The translations under genes and the position numbers were made by a program. Below the pieces are notes generated by a model. The model did no database searches and was not told the origin of the DNA. It was given only the letters and a program-made list of their open reading frames with translations. From Gemmatimonadales bacterium (GTDB lineage Bacteria > Gemmatimonadota > Gemmatimonadetes > Gemmatimonadales > GWC2-71-9): a stretch of 64,000 nucleotides of DNA. Below, piece after piece: positions 30,758 through 41,042 of the stretch. The first letter of the stretch is position 1. The number at the start of each line of letters is the position of its first letter. The DNA lies in NCBI GenBank assembly GCA_965249575.1, contig OZ252244.1, positions 2,464,001-2,528,000 of the forward strand. The letters run 5' to 3'.

Positions 30758-31430
30758 GCAGGGTGGCGGGCGCGATCCGCACACGCTACCCGACGAGCTC
30801 AACGAGCCGTTGCGGCAGTATGTCGAACGGCTCTTCGCCGCCGAGGACGGGGTGCTAGCGGACATCCGCTCCGGTCACGAGCGAGAAGGGCTGCCGAGTA
30901 TTCACATCTCCCCGGACGAGGGGAAACTGCTCGCCGTTCTGCTACTTGCGGTCGGCGCACGCAGAGTGTTGGAGATCGGCGCGCTGGGTGGGTATAGCGC
31001 CATATGGCTCGCGCGCGCGCTTCCCCGCGGCGGCTCGGTCACCACGATCGAAAGAGACCCCGTTCATGCACAGCACTCGCGACGCTCGTACGAGCGTGCC
31101 GGTGTGGCGGATCGGGTGAAGCTTGTGGAGGGAGACGCGGGTGAAATCCTTCCGGGCCTGGAGCCGGGGTTCGACGCCGTGTTCGTGGACGCAGACAAGG
31201 AATCTCAGGTCAGCTACTTTCACCACGCCATGAGGCTCCTGCGCAAGGGCGGCCTTTTGCTGGGCGACAACGCGTTCTTCCACGGGCGCGTTCTCGATTT
31301 GGCCGACGATCAACCGGACGTACGGGCGATTCGCGAGTTCAATCGTCTGGCGGCGGTCGATAGCCGCTTGGCTGCCACGATCATCCCAGTCCGGGACGGA
31401 CTGGTGTTGGGTGTGAAGACCGGGGACTGA
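30738..31430 (+). CDS. SAM-dependent O-methyltransferase
   Basis: RVLEIGALGGYSAIW, FDAVFVDADK, DNAFFHG. Confidence 0.9.
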   Translation: MAPGPPEQGGGRDPHTLPDELNEPLRQYVERLFAAEDGVLADIRSGHEREGLPSIHISPDEGKLLAVLLLAVGARRVLEIGALGGYSAIWLARALPRGGSVTTIERDPVHAQHSRRSYERAGVADRVKLVEGDAGEILPGLEPGFDAVFVDADKESQVSYFHHAMRLLRKGGLLLGDNAFFHGRVLDLADDQPDVRAIREFNRLAAVDSRLAATIIPVRDGLVLGVKTGD

Positions 31431-31529
31431 GTCGACAGTGACCGAGCGAGAATCCGGCATAGAGGAATCCCTTTTGGCGCACTCGGATCGTGTACCGGGT
31501 GGCGACGGTCGGCCCCCCCGGAGCGAGCG

Positions 31530-33467
31530 ATGAGCGGCGCGCGAGCGGGACGGCCGATTGGGCGAGTCGTGGCGACAGAGCTGATGCCGGCCAGTCCACA
31601 TCAGTTCCATTTCTGGACCGCCACGGACGCGCCGATCGGCATCGGAGCCATCGTCCGAGTGGACGAGCAGGGCGGGCGCACCGTCTATGCGTTGGTGGTG
31701 GATGCGCGTGCCTACACCGACCTCGAGACCCCGTTGGAAGATGTCTCGGCAGCGGCGGGGGACCCCGCGCGGGGTTCCTCCGCGGCACGAACGGAGATCC
31801 GGTTGTGGACGGCGGCGGTCTTGCGGCAGGTCCCCGAGGAGCCGCTACAGCCAGTTCCGCTCACCGACGTCCGCATGGCGGAAAGGTGTGACGTCGAGAC
31901 GGCGCTCCGGATGGACTCGTACGTGGGCGAAGGAGCGGTGGGCGGTATTCCTGTCGGGCTCTATACCTCCGGAGGATCCAGCGCCCCGATCTACGTCGAC
32001 CCCGATTTTCTCCTCGGCCCGGAATCGGCGCATCTCAATATCAGCGGTGTTTCGGGACTGGCGACTAAGACCAGCGCCGTGGAGTTCTTTCTCTCGAGCG
32101 TGTTTCAGAAGTTTCCCGCGGACAAGGGACGAATCAGTGCCGTATGCTTCAACGTGAAGGGCCCGGACCTGTGTTTTCTCGATCACGCGGGAACCTTGAA
32201 CGACGTGGAGCTGGAGATGTACCGGGAGCTGGGGCTCGCAGCAACGCCCTTCGAGCGGGTGGCGTATTACGCTCCCTTCAAGGCCGACGGCGTCAACCTC
32301 AACACCCTCAGGTCCCATCCGGACTTGGCGCCGGACGTGCGGCCGCTCGTTTGGGGACTTCGCGAGGTGCTCGACTATCACGAGGTGCTGCTCAATCGGG
32401 ACGACATCGATGCCAAGGCCGACGCCTTCATTGACTTTCTGGCTGATCGGGTGGTCGATAAGGAATTCCGAGACGAGTGGGGGCAGGTGCATCGGGTCGC
32501 GAGCTTCGGCGATCTCGAGAGGCTATTCCGCGCGATTTTCGATGGGCTCGAAGGGCAGGGCCGCAGCGACATGTGGAGAACCCACCACGTCGCCACCATA
32601 CGGAAGGTCCGGAACCGCCTGCTGAACATCTCGACCCGGTGCAAGGGGCTGGTCACGGACGACGGCTCCGCGAGCGACTTGCCGTTCGGGTCCTTTGAAG
32701 ACCGGAGCGTATACGTGATCGACGTGGCGGGCGTCGATCAGCTCGGACAGGACTTGGTATTTACACGAGTGCTCTCGAGACTACGGGAACACCTGGAGCG
32801 GCGGGATCTCGGAGTCGAGCATGTCGTGGTGTTCGCCGACGAGCTGAACAAGTACGCTTCGCAAGATGCGCCCGACAGCTATGTGCGGAAGATGTTATTG
32901 GACATTTCCGAGCGGGGCCGCTACCTGGGGCTCGTGTTGTTTGGCGCGCAGCAGTTTCGGTCGCAGGTACACCGCCGTGTGGTAGGAAACGCCGGCACCC
33001 AGGTGTTCGGGCGCATGGATATGGATGAGCTCGCGACGGCTGGGTACCAGCTGTACTCGCCGGCCACCAAAATAAAACTTGCGACGCTGCCCAAGGGGGA
33101 ACTGATGGTCCGGCACCCCCATTTTACCCATCCGGTGTTCATGCGCTTCCCACGTCCGGCGGTGCTCAATGGTCGGGCTGGCGTCGAACGATATCCACCC
33201 GCGGCCGACGTGCCCTTCGATGAAGCCGTCGTGCGCCACCTCGTGGGGCTCGACCGGCGCGTGTCGCCCGCCGCCGTCCAGGACCTGATTGCCGGCCGCC
33301 GTGAGGAAGACGTGCGGCGTGCCTTGCTGGCGACTCGACGGGCGCGTCCCGCCGACGTGCTCGGACATTTCCGGGCGCGGTTGGGTCCCGCCGTGCCGCG
33401 GGACGACGTGCAGCGCATGCCCGCGACGCCCGCGCTGGAAGCGGTTGAGGACCCGTATGGGAGATAG
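31530..33467 (+). CDS. herA: HerA-family ATPase (HAS barrel plus FtsK/HerA ATPase)
   Basis: N-terminal IGRVVATE beta-barrel, Walker A variant HLNISGVSGLATKTS, FNVKG, Walker B VFADELNKYA, ERGRYLG, GAQQ. Confidence 0.8.
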   Translation: MSGARAGRPIGRVVATELMPASPHQFHFWTATDAPIGIGAIVRVDEQGGRTVYALVVDARAYTDLETPLEDVSAAAGDPARGSSAARTEIRLWTAAVLRQVPEEPLQPVPLTDVRMAERCDVETALRMDSYVGEGAVGGIPVGLYTSGGSSAPIYVDPDFLLGPESAHLNISGVSGLATKTSAVEFFLSSVFQKFPADKGRISAVCFNVKGPDLCFLDHAGTLNDVELEMYRELGLAATPFERVAYYAPFKADGVNLNTLRSHPDLAPDVRPLVWGLREVLDYHEVLLNRDDIDAKADAFIDFLADRVVDKEFRDEWGQVHRVASFGDLERLFRAIFDGLEGQGRSDMWRTHHVATIRKVRNRLLNISTRCKGLVTDDGSASDLPFGSFEDRSVYVIDVAGVDQLGQDLVFTRVLSRLREHLERRDLGVEHVVVFADELNKYASQDAPDSYVRKMLLDISERGRYLGLVLFGAQQFRSQVHRRVVGNAGTQVFGRMDMDELATAGYQLYSPATKIKLATLPKGELMVRHPHFTHPVFMRFPRPAVLNGRAGVERYPPAADVPFDEAVVRHLVGLDRRVSPAAVQDLIAGRREEDVRRALLATRRARPADVLGHFRARLGPAVPRDDVQRMPATPALEAVEDPYGR

Positions 33468-34356
33468 ATACAAATTGGCAGCGGGTCTCGCGTTCGCGGC
33501 GGCCTTGGGAGTGGCAGGCGCCGTAGGCGTAACCGTCGCATCAGATCAAGGCACGTTTCGCCTCCGGTACCGCCCGGCGTTAGGCGCCGTTCTCCCGCGG
33601 GTAACGGAGACGATCACGCACCTCGTCTTCGTCAACCTACCCAGCCTCCCGGATAGTACGCCGGTCGAGGTCAGCACCCGGACGATGGTAACCCATCGCG
33701 TACGCGACTCTGGAACTGGACCGACGAGCGTTGATGTCTCGTACGACTCCGCTCAGACGAGAGTGCGGGTAGCCGGGGGAGCGCCGGACAACGTTCCGCT
33801 CGCGGGAGTCCAGCGGCGGTCGGTGCAATTTCGGCTCGACGAACGGATGCAAGTATCGACGATGGCCCTTGACGACGGCAGCACGGTCGATAGCAGCTTT
33901 GCACGGGCGCTTCTCGGGTACGATGGGGGGATCCATATCGTGTTGCCCGAAGAGCCGGTAGCGCCAGGTGCAACGTGGTCGTCCCCCACGCGATTCGCCA
34001 TCGGGCCGGCGCTCGGCGCCTCGGTAGGCTTCACGGCGGTCGAATTGTTGACTGGCACGCTGACTCTCCTGCTCGACAGCCTGGTCGCCCGCGGTGCCGA
34101 CACGCTGGCGTACCTGACGACCGAGGGCACGATCGGTCCCGACGCCGTCGGGGTCCGGGACGATCGCGACTTTGGCACGGCTTCCTTTCGAGGCCGCCTG
34201 GCGGGCCGCCTCGTCTGGTCCACCAGCTGGCACGGGTTCGTCTCGGGCGTCCTGAGCGGATCGATGCGGGGCACCCTCACGGTCCCGCGCCTCGACAATC
34301 CCATCGATGCGACGCTCGTCGTCAGGGTCTCGGCCTGGCACCAAGTGCGCCCTTAG
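33457..34356 (+). CDS. Hypothetical exported or membrane-anchored protein
   Basis: N-terminal hydrophobic segment; FRLRYRP..G; LPEEPVAPGATW. Confidence 0.7.
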   Translation: MGDRYKLAAGLAFAAALGVAGAVGVTVASDQGTFRLRYRPALGAVLPRVTETITHLVFVNLPSLPDSTPVEVSTRTMVTHRVRDSGTGPTSVDVSYDSAQTRVRVAGGAPDNVPLAGVQRRSVQFRLDERMQVSTMALDDGSTVDSSFARALLGYDGGIHIVLPEEPVAPGATWSSPTRFAIGPALGASVGFTAVELLTGTLTLLLDSLVARGADTLAYLTTEGTIGPDAVGVRDDRDFGTASFRGRLAGRLVWSTSWHGFVSGVLSGSMRGTLTVPRLDNPIDATLVVRVSAWHQVRP

Positions 34357-34359
34357 AGA

Positions 34360-35550
34360 GTGAAGGTCGCCCACCTCGCCGATCTTCACCTCGGCTTCCG
34401 GCAGTACCATCGCCAAACCCAACTTGGCATCAATCAACGCGAAGCCGATGTGGCCGCGGCGTTCCGGCGCGTCATCGAGTCGGTCATCGAACAACGCCCG
34501 GATGTTGTCCTCGTGGCGGGCGACGTGTTCCATTCCGTCCGGCCCACCAACGCGGCGATACTCGATTCGTTCAACCGCATGCGGGAGCTGCGCGTCGCGC
34601 TTCCGGGGGCTCCCGTTGTCATGATCGCCGGCGATCACGATACGCCCCGGTCAGTGGAAACGGGTAGCATTCTGAAGCTGTTCGAGGCAATCGAGGGGTT
34701 CCGGGTCGTCACCCGAGAGGCTCGGCGTTTGGTTTTCGAGACGCTGGATCTGGCGGTCCTGTGCGTTCCGCACGCGGCGCACGCTGCGTGTGGCCGCCCG
34801 CCACTCAGTCCGGAACGCGGCTTCGGCACGAACATTCTGCTGACTCACGCGTGTGTGGCCGGCGCGGTGGCTGACGAAGGGATCACACACGATTACGGAG
34901 GCGTGGTGCTCGAGCCGTCGGAGCTACAGACGGATCGGTGGGACTACGTCGCGCTGGGCCACTATCACGTCGCGCAGCCGGTCGCGGCAAACGCGTGGTA
35001 CGCTGGAGCGATCGAGTACGCCAGCCGGAATCCCTGGGGTGAGCAGCTGGACGAAGAGGCGCTGGGGCGAAAGGGGCGAAAGGGCTGGCTATTGGTCGAG
35101 ATCGGTAACGGGCTGCGCGTGCAATTGCAGGCAATCGAGTTGGCGCGCACGCTCGTGGACCTCCCTCGAATCAACGGCGCTGGCCTCGACGCGCCGCGCA
35201 TCGACGAGTTGATTACGGCGAATGCGGAGTCCATTCTTGGCGGGATCGACCACCAAGTGGTTCGCCAGGTCGTGACCGATGTCCCGCGCTTGGTTGCCAG
35301 GGAGCTGGATCAGGAGCGGGTACGGGAGTATCGGGCGCGAGCGCTTCACTACCATCTCGATGTGCGGCGCCCTCCCCCTCAGCGAACGGTGGGTGCGGGT
35401 GCGCCCGGCACCCGACGCGGACTGAGCCAGATCGTCGTCGACTACCTGCGCGAGCGCAGTGTGAGCCCCGGTGTCGATAAAGAGCGGTTGGTAACGTTGG
35501 GGCGCAAATACATGGCAAAAGTCGACGCGCAGGGCGGAGATCAAGAATGA
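34360..35550 (+). CDS. sbcD: SbcD/Mre11 nuclease
   Basis: ADLHLG, AGDVFH, GDHD (variant of GNHD), TH, YVALGHYH. Confidence 0.9.
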   Translation: MKVAHLADLHLGFRQYHRQTQLGINQREADVAAAFRRVIESVIEQRPDVVLVAGDVFHSVRPTNAAILDSFNRMRELRVALPGAPVVMIAGDHDTPRSVETGSILKLFEAIEGFRVVTREARRLVFETLDLAVLCVPHAAHAACGRPPLSPERGFGTNILLTHACVAGAVADEGITHDYGGVVLEPSELQTDRWDYVALGHYHVAQPVAANAWYAGAIEYASRNPWGEQLDEEALGRKGRKGWLLVEIGNGLRVQLQAIELARTLVDLPRINGAGLDAPRIDELITANAESILGGIDHQVVRQVVTDVPRLVARELDQERVREYRARALHYHLDVRRPPPQRTVGAGAPGTRRGLSQIVVDYLRERSVSPGVDKERLVTLGRKYMAKVDAQGGDQE

Positions 35551-35608
35551 ACGCGGCGCGCAGGACCACGGCCCTCGGCCCGTTGGAAGACGGGGCCTGA
35601 GCCCGACA

Positions 35609-38023
35609 ATGCAGCTCCACAGCCTCAAACTCCTCAACTTCCGCCAGCATGTCGAGACCGAGCTGGTCCTCGGTCCCGGTATCACGGCCGTCATCGGTCC
35701 CAACGGGGCCGGCAAGACGACGCTGCTCGAGGCGCTGGCATGGGCATTCTACGGAAACCAGGCGGCCCGAGGAGGGCGGGACTCTATTCGGTGGAACCGC
35801 GCGCCGGCGAGGTCGCAGGTTCGCGTCGAGGTCGCCTTTACCCTCGGGGCCCACGAATACGTGGCGTCGCGGAGCCTATACGGTGCAGAGCTCTATCAAG
35901 ACGGTTCGTCGTCGCCGATCGCGAACAGTCAGCAGGCGGTGACCGACGCGCTCACCCGGCTGTTTGGCATGACCCGGGAGGAGTTCTTCCACACCTATTT
36001 CACCAGCCAGAAGGAATTGGCGGTGATGGCCGGGATGGGCCCGACCGAGCGTGGGCGTTTCTTGTCTCGGATCCTCGGATACGAGAAACTCCGGATGGCC
36101 CAGGACACGCTCCGCTCCCGGCGGTCGGAATTGAAGGGGGAGCTGGCCGGTCTCGAGCGAGGGCTGCAGAGTGTCGAACAACTCGAGGCGGAACGCCAGC
36201 AGGAAGAGCGGCGTCTCGAGTCCGTCACGAAGGCGGTTTCCGGAGCGACGAAGCAGAAGGGGGCGGCCGACGCGGCGTTTGAGACGGAGAAGCCTTCATG
36301 GGACCGGATGGTCGAGCTGAGGGATTCCGTGCGCACCCTGGACGGGGAGCGACGCTCGGCCGAGCAGAGTGTCGTGGCTGCCCGGCGGGAGTTCGACCGG
36401 CTCGATCGCGATCTCGCTGAGGTGCTCGAGGCGCAACGAGAGCTTCGGCCCGTAGATGAGGAGCTTCGGCCTGTCCCGGAGCTACGGGTCGAGCTGGATC
36501 GTCTCGACGAAGAGGCCAAGGGAGCTGGACGTCGGCGGGAGGCGGTGGGCCAACTCGAAGCAATCAAGTCGGAGGTCGAGCGCCTGGATGAGCGACTCGC
36601 CAAGATGGATGATGCGGAGCAGGTCCTGGCCGCCGCGGATGGGGCGCTGGAGCGGGCACGGGGCGATCTCGCGGATGAGCAAACGCACGAAGAGAGCGCA
36701 CACACGGCCTGGGTGCGGGACCGGCAGGATGCCGAAACCAAACGGCTGTCACTGCGCGATCAGTATCGCGAGCTGACCGCTCATAGGGGGCGGATCGTGG
36801 ATGCCGGCCCCGACGGAGAATGTCCAACATGCGGGCGGCCGCTGGGCAAGGACTACAGTACGCTCGTGGATACACTTGGGCGGCAACTGGAGGAAATCGA
36901 GATCAACGGACGTTTTTTCAAGCAGCGAGTGGAACAGCTCACCGACGAGCCCGAGGGCGTACGCGAGGCGGAGAAGCGGCGCGTCCGAGCGAATGCTCAG
37001 GTCGAGGCGGCCGTGCAGGAGGTCGCTCGGGCAACGGCCCAGGTGCGCGAAGCCGAGTCGGTGACGCGGGAACGGAAGGCGCGGGCTCGCAAGACTCGTG
37101 AGCTCGAGCGCGAGATGGCGGCACTGCCGGACGCCTACGACACCGAAAAGCACGACGAGGTCAAAGCCAGCCTTCGGAGGCTCCAGCCGCGCATCGAGCT
37201 CGCGGCACGCCTCCGCGCCCAGGCCGCGCGGGCGGAAGGACTGGTTCGAGATGCCGAAGCGGCCGAACGCTGCCTCACCGACCTGGAGGCGCTCGCAAAG
37301 CGTTTGGTCAAGCAGATCGCCGAATCCGGTTTCAGTGAATCGGTATATGAAGAAGCCAAGCATCGCTTCGAGGAGGCCGATAAGGCCGTTCGAGTTACGG
37401 AACTCAAGCTCGCCTCGCTGCAGGGCGACCTGCGCGCCGCCGAAACGGCGTTGCGGGCCGCGGCGCAACGGCTTCGGGAGTGCGCGGAGCAGGCCAAGTG
37501 CATCACGACCCTGCGGGGCGATGTCCGTCTCCATGACGAGCTGGACGCGGCGCTCGGCGATCTCCGGACCGAACTCAATGCACGCATGCGTCCGGAGCTG
37601 TCCGAGGTGGCTTCTGAGTTCCTCGTCGATCTGACCGATGGCAGGTACACGGAACTGGAACTGGACGAGGCGTACGGGATCATGCTGATGGACGGCGGAA
37701 TGCCGAAGCCCGTGATTTCGGGTGGGGAAGAGGACGTGGCCAACGTGGCCCTTCGACTGGCGATCAGTCAAATGGTTGCCGAGCGAGCCGGGCAACCGCT
37801 CTCTCTCCTTGTGCTGGACGAGATCTTCGGCAGCTTGGATGAGACGCGACGAGAACACGTGGTCGATCTGCTCCGCCGGTTGGGGAACAGATTCCCGCAA
37901 GTGGTGCTTATCACCCACATCGACTCGGTGCGGGACCGGGTCGATCGGGTTGTGCGCGTGTCCGTCGAGAATTCCACAGGGGCGGCGCGGGTCACCGAGG
38001 ACGGTGGAGGGTCGTGGTCATGA
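35609..38023 (+). CDS. sbcC: SbcC/Rad50 SMC-family ATPase
   Basis: GPNGAGKTT, CPTCG zinc hook, ISGGE, LDEIFGSLD, LITH. Confidence 0.93.
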   Translation: MQLHSLKLLNFRQHVETELVLGPGITAVIGPNGAGKTTLLEALAWAFYGNQAARGGRDSIRWNRAPARSQVRVEVAFTLGAHEYVASRSLYGAELYQDGSSSPIANSQQAVTDALTRLFGMTREEFFHTYFTSQKELAVMAGMGPTERGRFLSRILGYEKLRMAQDTLRSRRSELKGELAGLERGLQSVEQLEAERQQEERRLESVTKAVSGATKQKGAADAAFETEKPSWDRMVELRDSVRTLDGERRSAEQSVVAARREFDRLDRDLAEVLEAQRELRPVDEELRPVPELRVELDRLDEEAKGAGRRREAVGQLEAIKSEVERLDERLAKMDDAEQVLAAADGALERARGDLADEQTHEESAHTAWVRDRQDAETKRLSLRDQYRELTAHRGRIVDAGPDGECPTCGRPLGKDYSTLVDTLGRQLEEIEINGRFFKQRVEQLTDEPEGVREAEKRRVRANAQVEAAVQEVARATAQVREAESVTRERKARARKTRELEREMAALPDAYDTEKHDEVKASLRRLQPRIELAARLRAQAARAEGLVRDAEAAERCLTDLEALAKRLVKQIAESGFSESVYEEAKHRFEEADKAVRVTELKLASLQGDLRAAETALRAAAQRLRECAEQAKCITTLRGDVRLHDELDAALGDLRTELNARMRPELSEVASEFLVDLTDGRYTELELDEAYGIMLMDGGMPKPVISGGEEDVANVALRLAISQMVAERAGQPLSLLVLDEIFGSLDETRREHVVDLLRRLGNRFPQVVLITHIDSVRDRVDRVVRVSVENSTGAARVTEDGGGSWS

Positions 38024-38991
38024 AGATGTGGCGGCCGGACCAGCGGGTGGTTGGCCCACGGCGCGCGACGCTCGCGGACGTGGGCGTCCTGAATCGCATC
38101 TTTTCAGACGCGTTCACGGATCGGTACCGCCGGGACGGGCTGGTGGGCGTGCGAGTGCCGCAGCTCAATCCGAAGATCTGGAGTTACGCGCTGGAGGATG
38201 CCGGCGAAGGCGCGATGTTGTGGCTCGACGAGGACGACGACATCGTAGCGTTCAACATTGCGCACCACTCCGGAGTGGAGGGGTGGATGGGTCCGCTGGC
38301 CGTCCGTCCTGACCGGCAGGGGCTTGGGCTCGGCAAAGCCGTCGTCGAGACGGCGATCGACTGGCTGCGCGATCAAGGCGTCCGGACGCTCGGACTCGAG
38401 ACCATGCCGCGTACCGTCGAGAACATCGGCTTTTACAGCCGCCTGGGCTTCACGCCCGGGCACCTCACGGTCACGCTGACCGGCGAGATCGGATCTCGTG
38501 GGGGCAGGGCGCATTACACTCGCCTGAGCGCCCTCTCGGAGGCGGAGCGATCGGCCGTGCTCGAACGCTGTCGCGAGCGGCTCCAGCGGTCGGTGCCCGG
38601 ATACGACTACACACGCGAACATGAGATTACCACGGAACTCGGCATCGGCGATACGGTCGTCATCGGTGACCAGACCGTGCAGGGGTTTGCGCTCTGGCAC
38701 TCCGCGGCTCTCGCCGACTCCCGTCCTTCGGACGAGCTTCGGGTGCTGAAGCTCTTTGCCGATTCACCCAGCTCGTTCGCGCGCCTCGTTGTGGCGCTGG
38801 AGGGGTGCGCCGCCGGGCTCCGCCTCCGCCGGGTCGCGATCAGGTGCCAGAGCAGTTATGAAGAGGTCTATCACGGCCTCATCGCTAAAGGGTACCGCGT
38901 CCGATGGACGGATCTGCGCATGACCCTCGAAGCTCACCCCGAGCCCGTAGCCCCCGAGGGCGAGATTCTCCTGTCCAACTGGGAGATCTGA
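38020..38991 (+). CDS. GNAT-family N-acetyltransferase
   Basis: GPLAVRPDRQGLGLGK, NIGFYSRLGF; ATGA overlap with sbcC. Confidence 0.85.
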   Translation: MKMWRPDQRVVGPRRATLADVGVLNRIFSDAFTDRYRRDGLVGVRVPQLNPKIWSYALEDAGEGAMLWLDEDDDIVAFNIAHHSGVEGWMGPLAVRPDRQGLGLGKAVVETAIDWLRDQGVRTLGLETMPRTVENIGFYSRLGFTPGHLTVTLTGEIGSRGGRAHYTRLSALSEAERSAVLERCRERLQRSVPGYDYTREHEITTELGIGDTVVIGDQTVQGFALWHSAALADSRPSDELRVLKLFADSPSSFARLVVALEGCAAGLRLRRVAIRCQSSYEEVYHGLIAKGYRVRWTDLRMTLEAHPEPVAPEGEILLSNWEI

Positions 38992-39115
38992 GGGCCGCTC
39001 GGGAGCGATGCGACGGATACAAGGGTCCATCAAACGGCCTTCAAACGGTCGATAGGCCGCTCGTGTCACAGTAGTGTGATGGCGTCAGTGCAATCTGACA
39101 AAGGCACCGGGGGCG

Positions 39116-41035
39116 ATGGGGCGACAAGAGGTCACTCGCGACACTGCGCCGGCTGAGCTCAGGGCGTTCACCAAGGCGCTCCTGAACGATCTGCGTGCGC
39201 TTGAGATGATGCTGCACGATCACGCGTTCGAGTCGGGCATCTCGAGGGTTGGAGCCGAGCAGGAGCTCTTTCTGGTCAATCGAGGGTTCCGGCCGGCGCC
39301 AGTCGCCCAAGCGGTCCTGGAATCCCTGACGGGCTCCGAGTTCGTCACAGAGCTCGCACTCTTCAATCTCGAGATCAATCTGCCGCCCTTCGAGCTCTCG
39401 GGTGGGTGTTTCGGTGAGCTTGAACGAGCCCTCGGGGACTCCATCGAGCGCGTGCGTCAGGCCGCGGCCCCGCATCGGGCCGAGCCGGTCCTGGTCGGGA
39501 TCCTGCCCACCCTCAACATGTCGGATCTGACGCTGGCCAACATCACGCCGCGCGATCGCTACTATGCGTTGAATGACGCGCTCTCCCGGATGTCGGGCGG
39601 CAGCTACGAAATTCATATGCAGGGCGTTGACGAGCTGCATATCCAGCACGATTCGGTGATGCTCGAGGGGTGCAACACGAGCTTTCAGGTCCATCTCCAG
39701 GTGGATGCCGACGATTTCCCTCGAGTGTATAACGTCGCGCAAGCCATGACGGCGCCGCTGCTCGCTGCTGCCGTGAACTCCCCGCTGCTGTTTGGAAAGC
39801 GTCTTTGGGCGGAGACGCGAATCGCTCTGTTCCACCAGGCGATGTGGACTGGCCGCACGACGGCCCACGTGCGGGAGCTGACATCGCGGGTTCGGTTCGG
39901 TGACCGATGGGTCCGCAATTCGGTTTTGGATGTCTTCAAGGAAGACATCGCGCGAATACCGGCCCTCCTCGGGACCGAGATCGAAGAGGACCCGGTACGG
40001 GAGCTGCGGGAGGGCCGGGTCCCAAAGCTGAGTGCGTTGCAGCTCTACAACGGGACGGTCTACCGGTGGAATCGTTCCTGTTACGGCGTGTTCGCGGGGA
40101 AGCCACACCTCCGCATCGAGTGTCGTGTGTTGCCGTCCGGGCCGACCGTGCTCGACGAAGTCGCGAACGCAGTGTTTTGGGTTGGGTTGGTGCGGGGTGG
40201 AGTCGAAAGATACAGTGACATCACCGAGCGTCTCGGATTCGACGACACGCGAGCGAATCTCGTGGCCGCTGCCCGGCTGGGGCTCAAGGCCGGGTTCGCC
40301 TGGCTCGATGGAAAGACCGAGGCGGCCCCCGCTCTCATTCTGGACCAGCTCCTCCCCCTCGCGCGCGACGGCCTGTTATCCGCGGGTGTGGCGGCTGGTG
40401 ACGTCGATCGTTACCTGGGCGTGATCGAGAAACGGGTCGAAACGCAGGCGACGGGGGCGCGCTGGCTCGAGCGGTCCCTGATGAAGCTCGGCACCTCCGG
40501 CACGAGGGCGGAACGGATGGCGGCGCTGACCGCAGCAGTTGCCCGCCGCCAGCAGGATGGGAAGCCATGTCACGAGTGGGACTTGGCGGAGGTCTCCGAG
40601 GGTGGGGGGTGGCGTCATCATTACCTGCAAGTCGAACAAGTCATGACGACCGATCTCTTCACCGTCCAGGAGGACGAGCTCGTCGATCTCGCGGCTTTTC
40701 TCATGGACTCGCGTAACGTGCGACAGGTCCCGGTAGAAGACGACGAACGCCGGCTGGTGGGCCTGGTCTCGTATGGAGCCGTATTGCGTCAGCTGGCGGT
40801 CGAACCTCGCTCGGAGGACGATTATGCCATCCCGGTCAAGGCCATCATGGAATCCAATCCGGTCTCGGTGACGCCGGAGACGGCCACAGTCGACGCCATT
40901 GGGTTGATGCGGGAGCACAACGTGACGTGCCTACCGGTCGTGAAAGGTGAGCGCCTCGTGGGGATCGTCAGCGTGGGTGATTTCATGCCTATCGCCGAGC
41001 GCCTGCTTCAGGAGAGGATCGGGGAGGAACTATGA
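39116..41035 (+). CDS. Glutamate-cysteine ligase (GCS2) family protein with C-terminal CBS pair
   Basis: GAEQE, ELALFNLEIN, TSFQVHLQ, NSPLLFG, YRWNR, HLRIECR; two CBS domains. Confidence 0.88.
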   Translation: MGRQEVTRDTAPAELRAFTKALLNDLRALEMMLHDHAFESGISRVGAEQELFLVNRGFRPAPVAQAVLESLTGSEFVTELALFNLEINLPPFELSGGCFGELERALGDSIERVRQAAAPHRAEPVLVGILPTLNMSDLTLANITPRDRYYALNDALSRMSGGSYEIHMQGVDELHIQHDSVMLEGCNTSFQVHLQVDADDFPRVYNVAQAMTAPLLAAAVNSPLLFGKRLWAETRIALFHQAMWTGRTTAHVRELTSRVRFGDRWVRNSVLDVFKEDIARIPALLGTEIEEDPVRELREGRVPKLSALQLYNGTVYRWNRSCYGVFAGKPHLRIECRVLPSGPTVLDEVANAVFWVGLVRGGVERYSDITERLGFDDTRANLVAAARLGLKAGFAWLDGKTEAAPALILDQLLPLARDGLLSAGVAAGDVDRYLGVIEKRVETQATGARWLERSLMKLGTSGTRAERMAALTAAVARRQQDGKPCHEWDLAEVSEGGGWRHHYLQVEQVMTTDLFTVQEDELVDLAAFLMDSRNVRQVPVEDDERRLVGLVSYGAVLRQLAVEPRSEDDYAIPVKAIMESNPVSVTPETATVDAIGLMREHNVTCLPVVKGERLVGIVSVGDFMPIAERLLQERIGEEL

Positions 41036-41042
41036 ATTGGTG

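Noticed and set aside
36440..36475. Imperfect 21-bp repeat in sbcC (ELRPV twice)
   Set aside because: Consistent with heptad periodicity of the coiled coil
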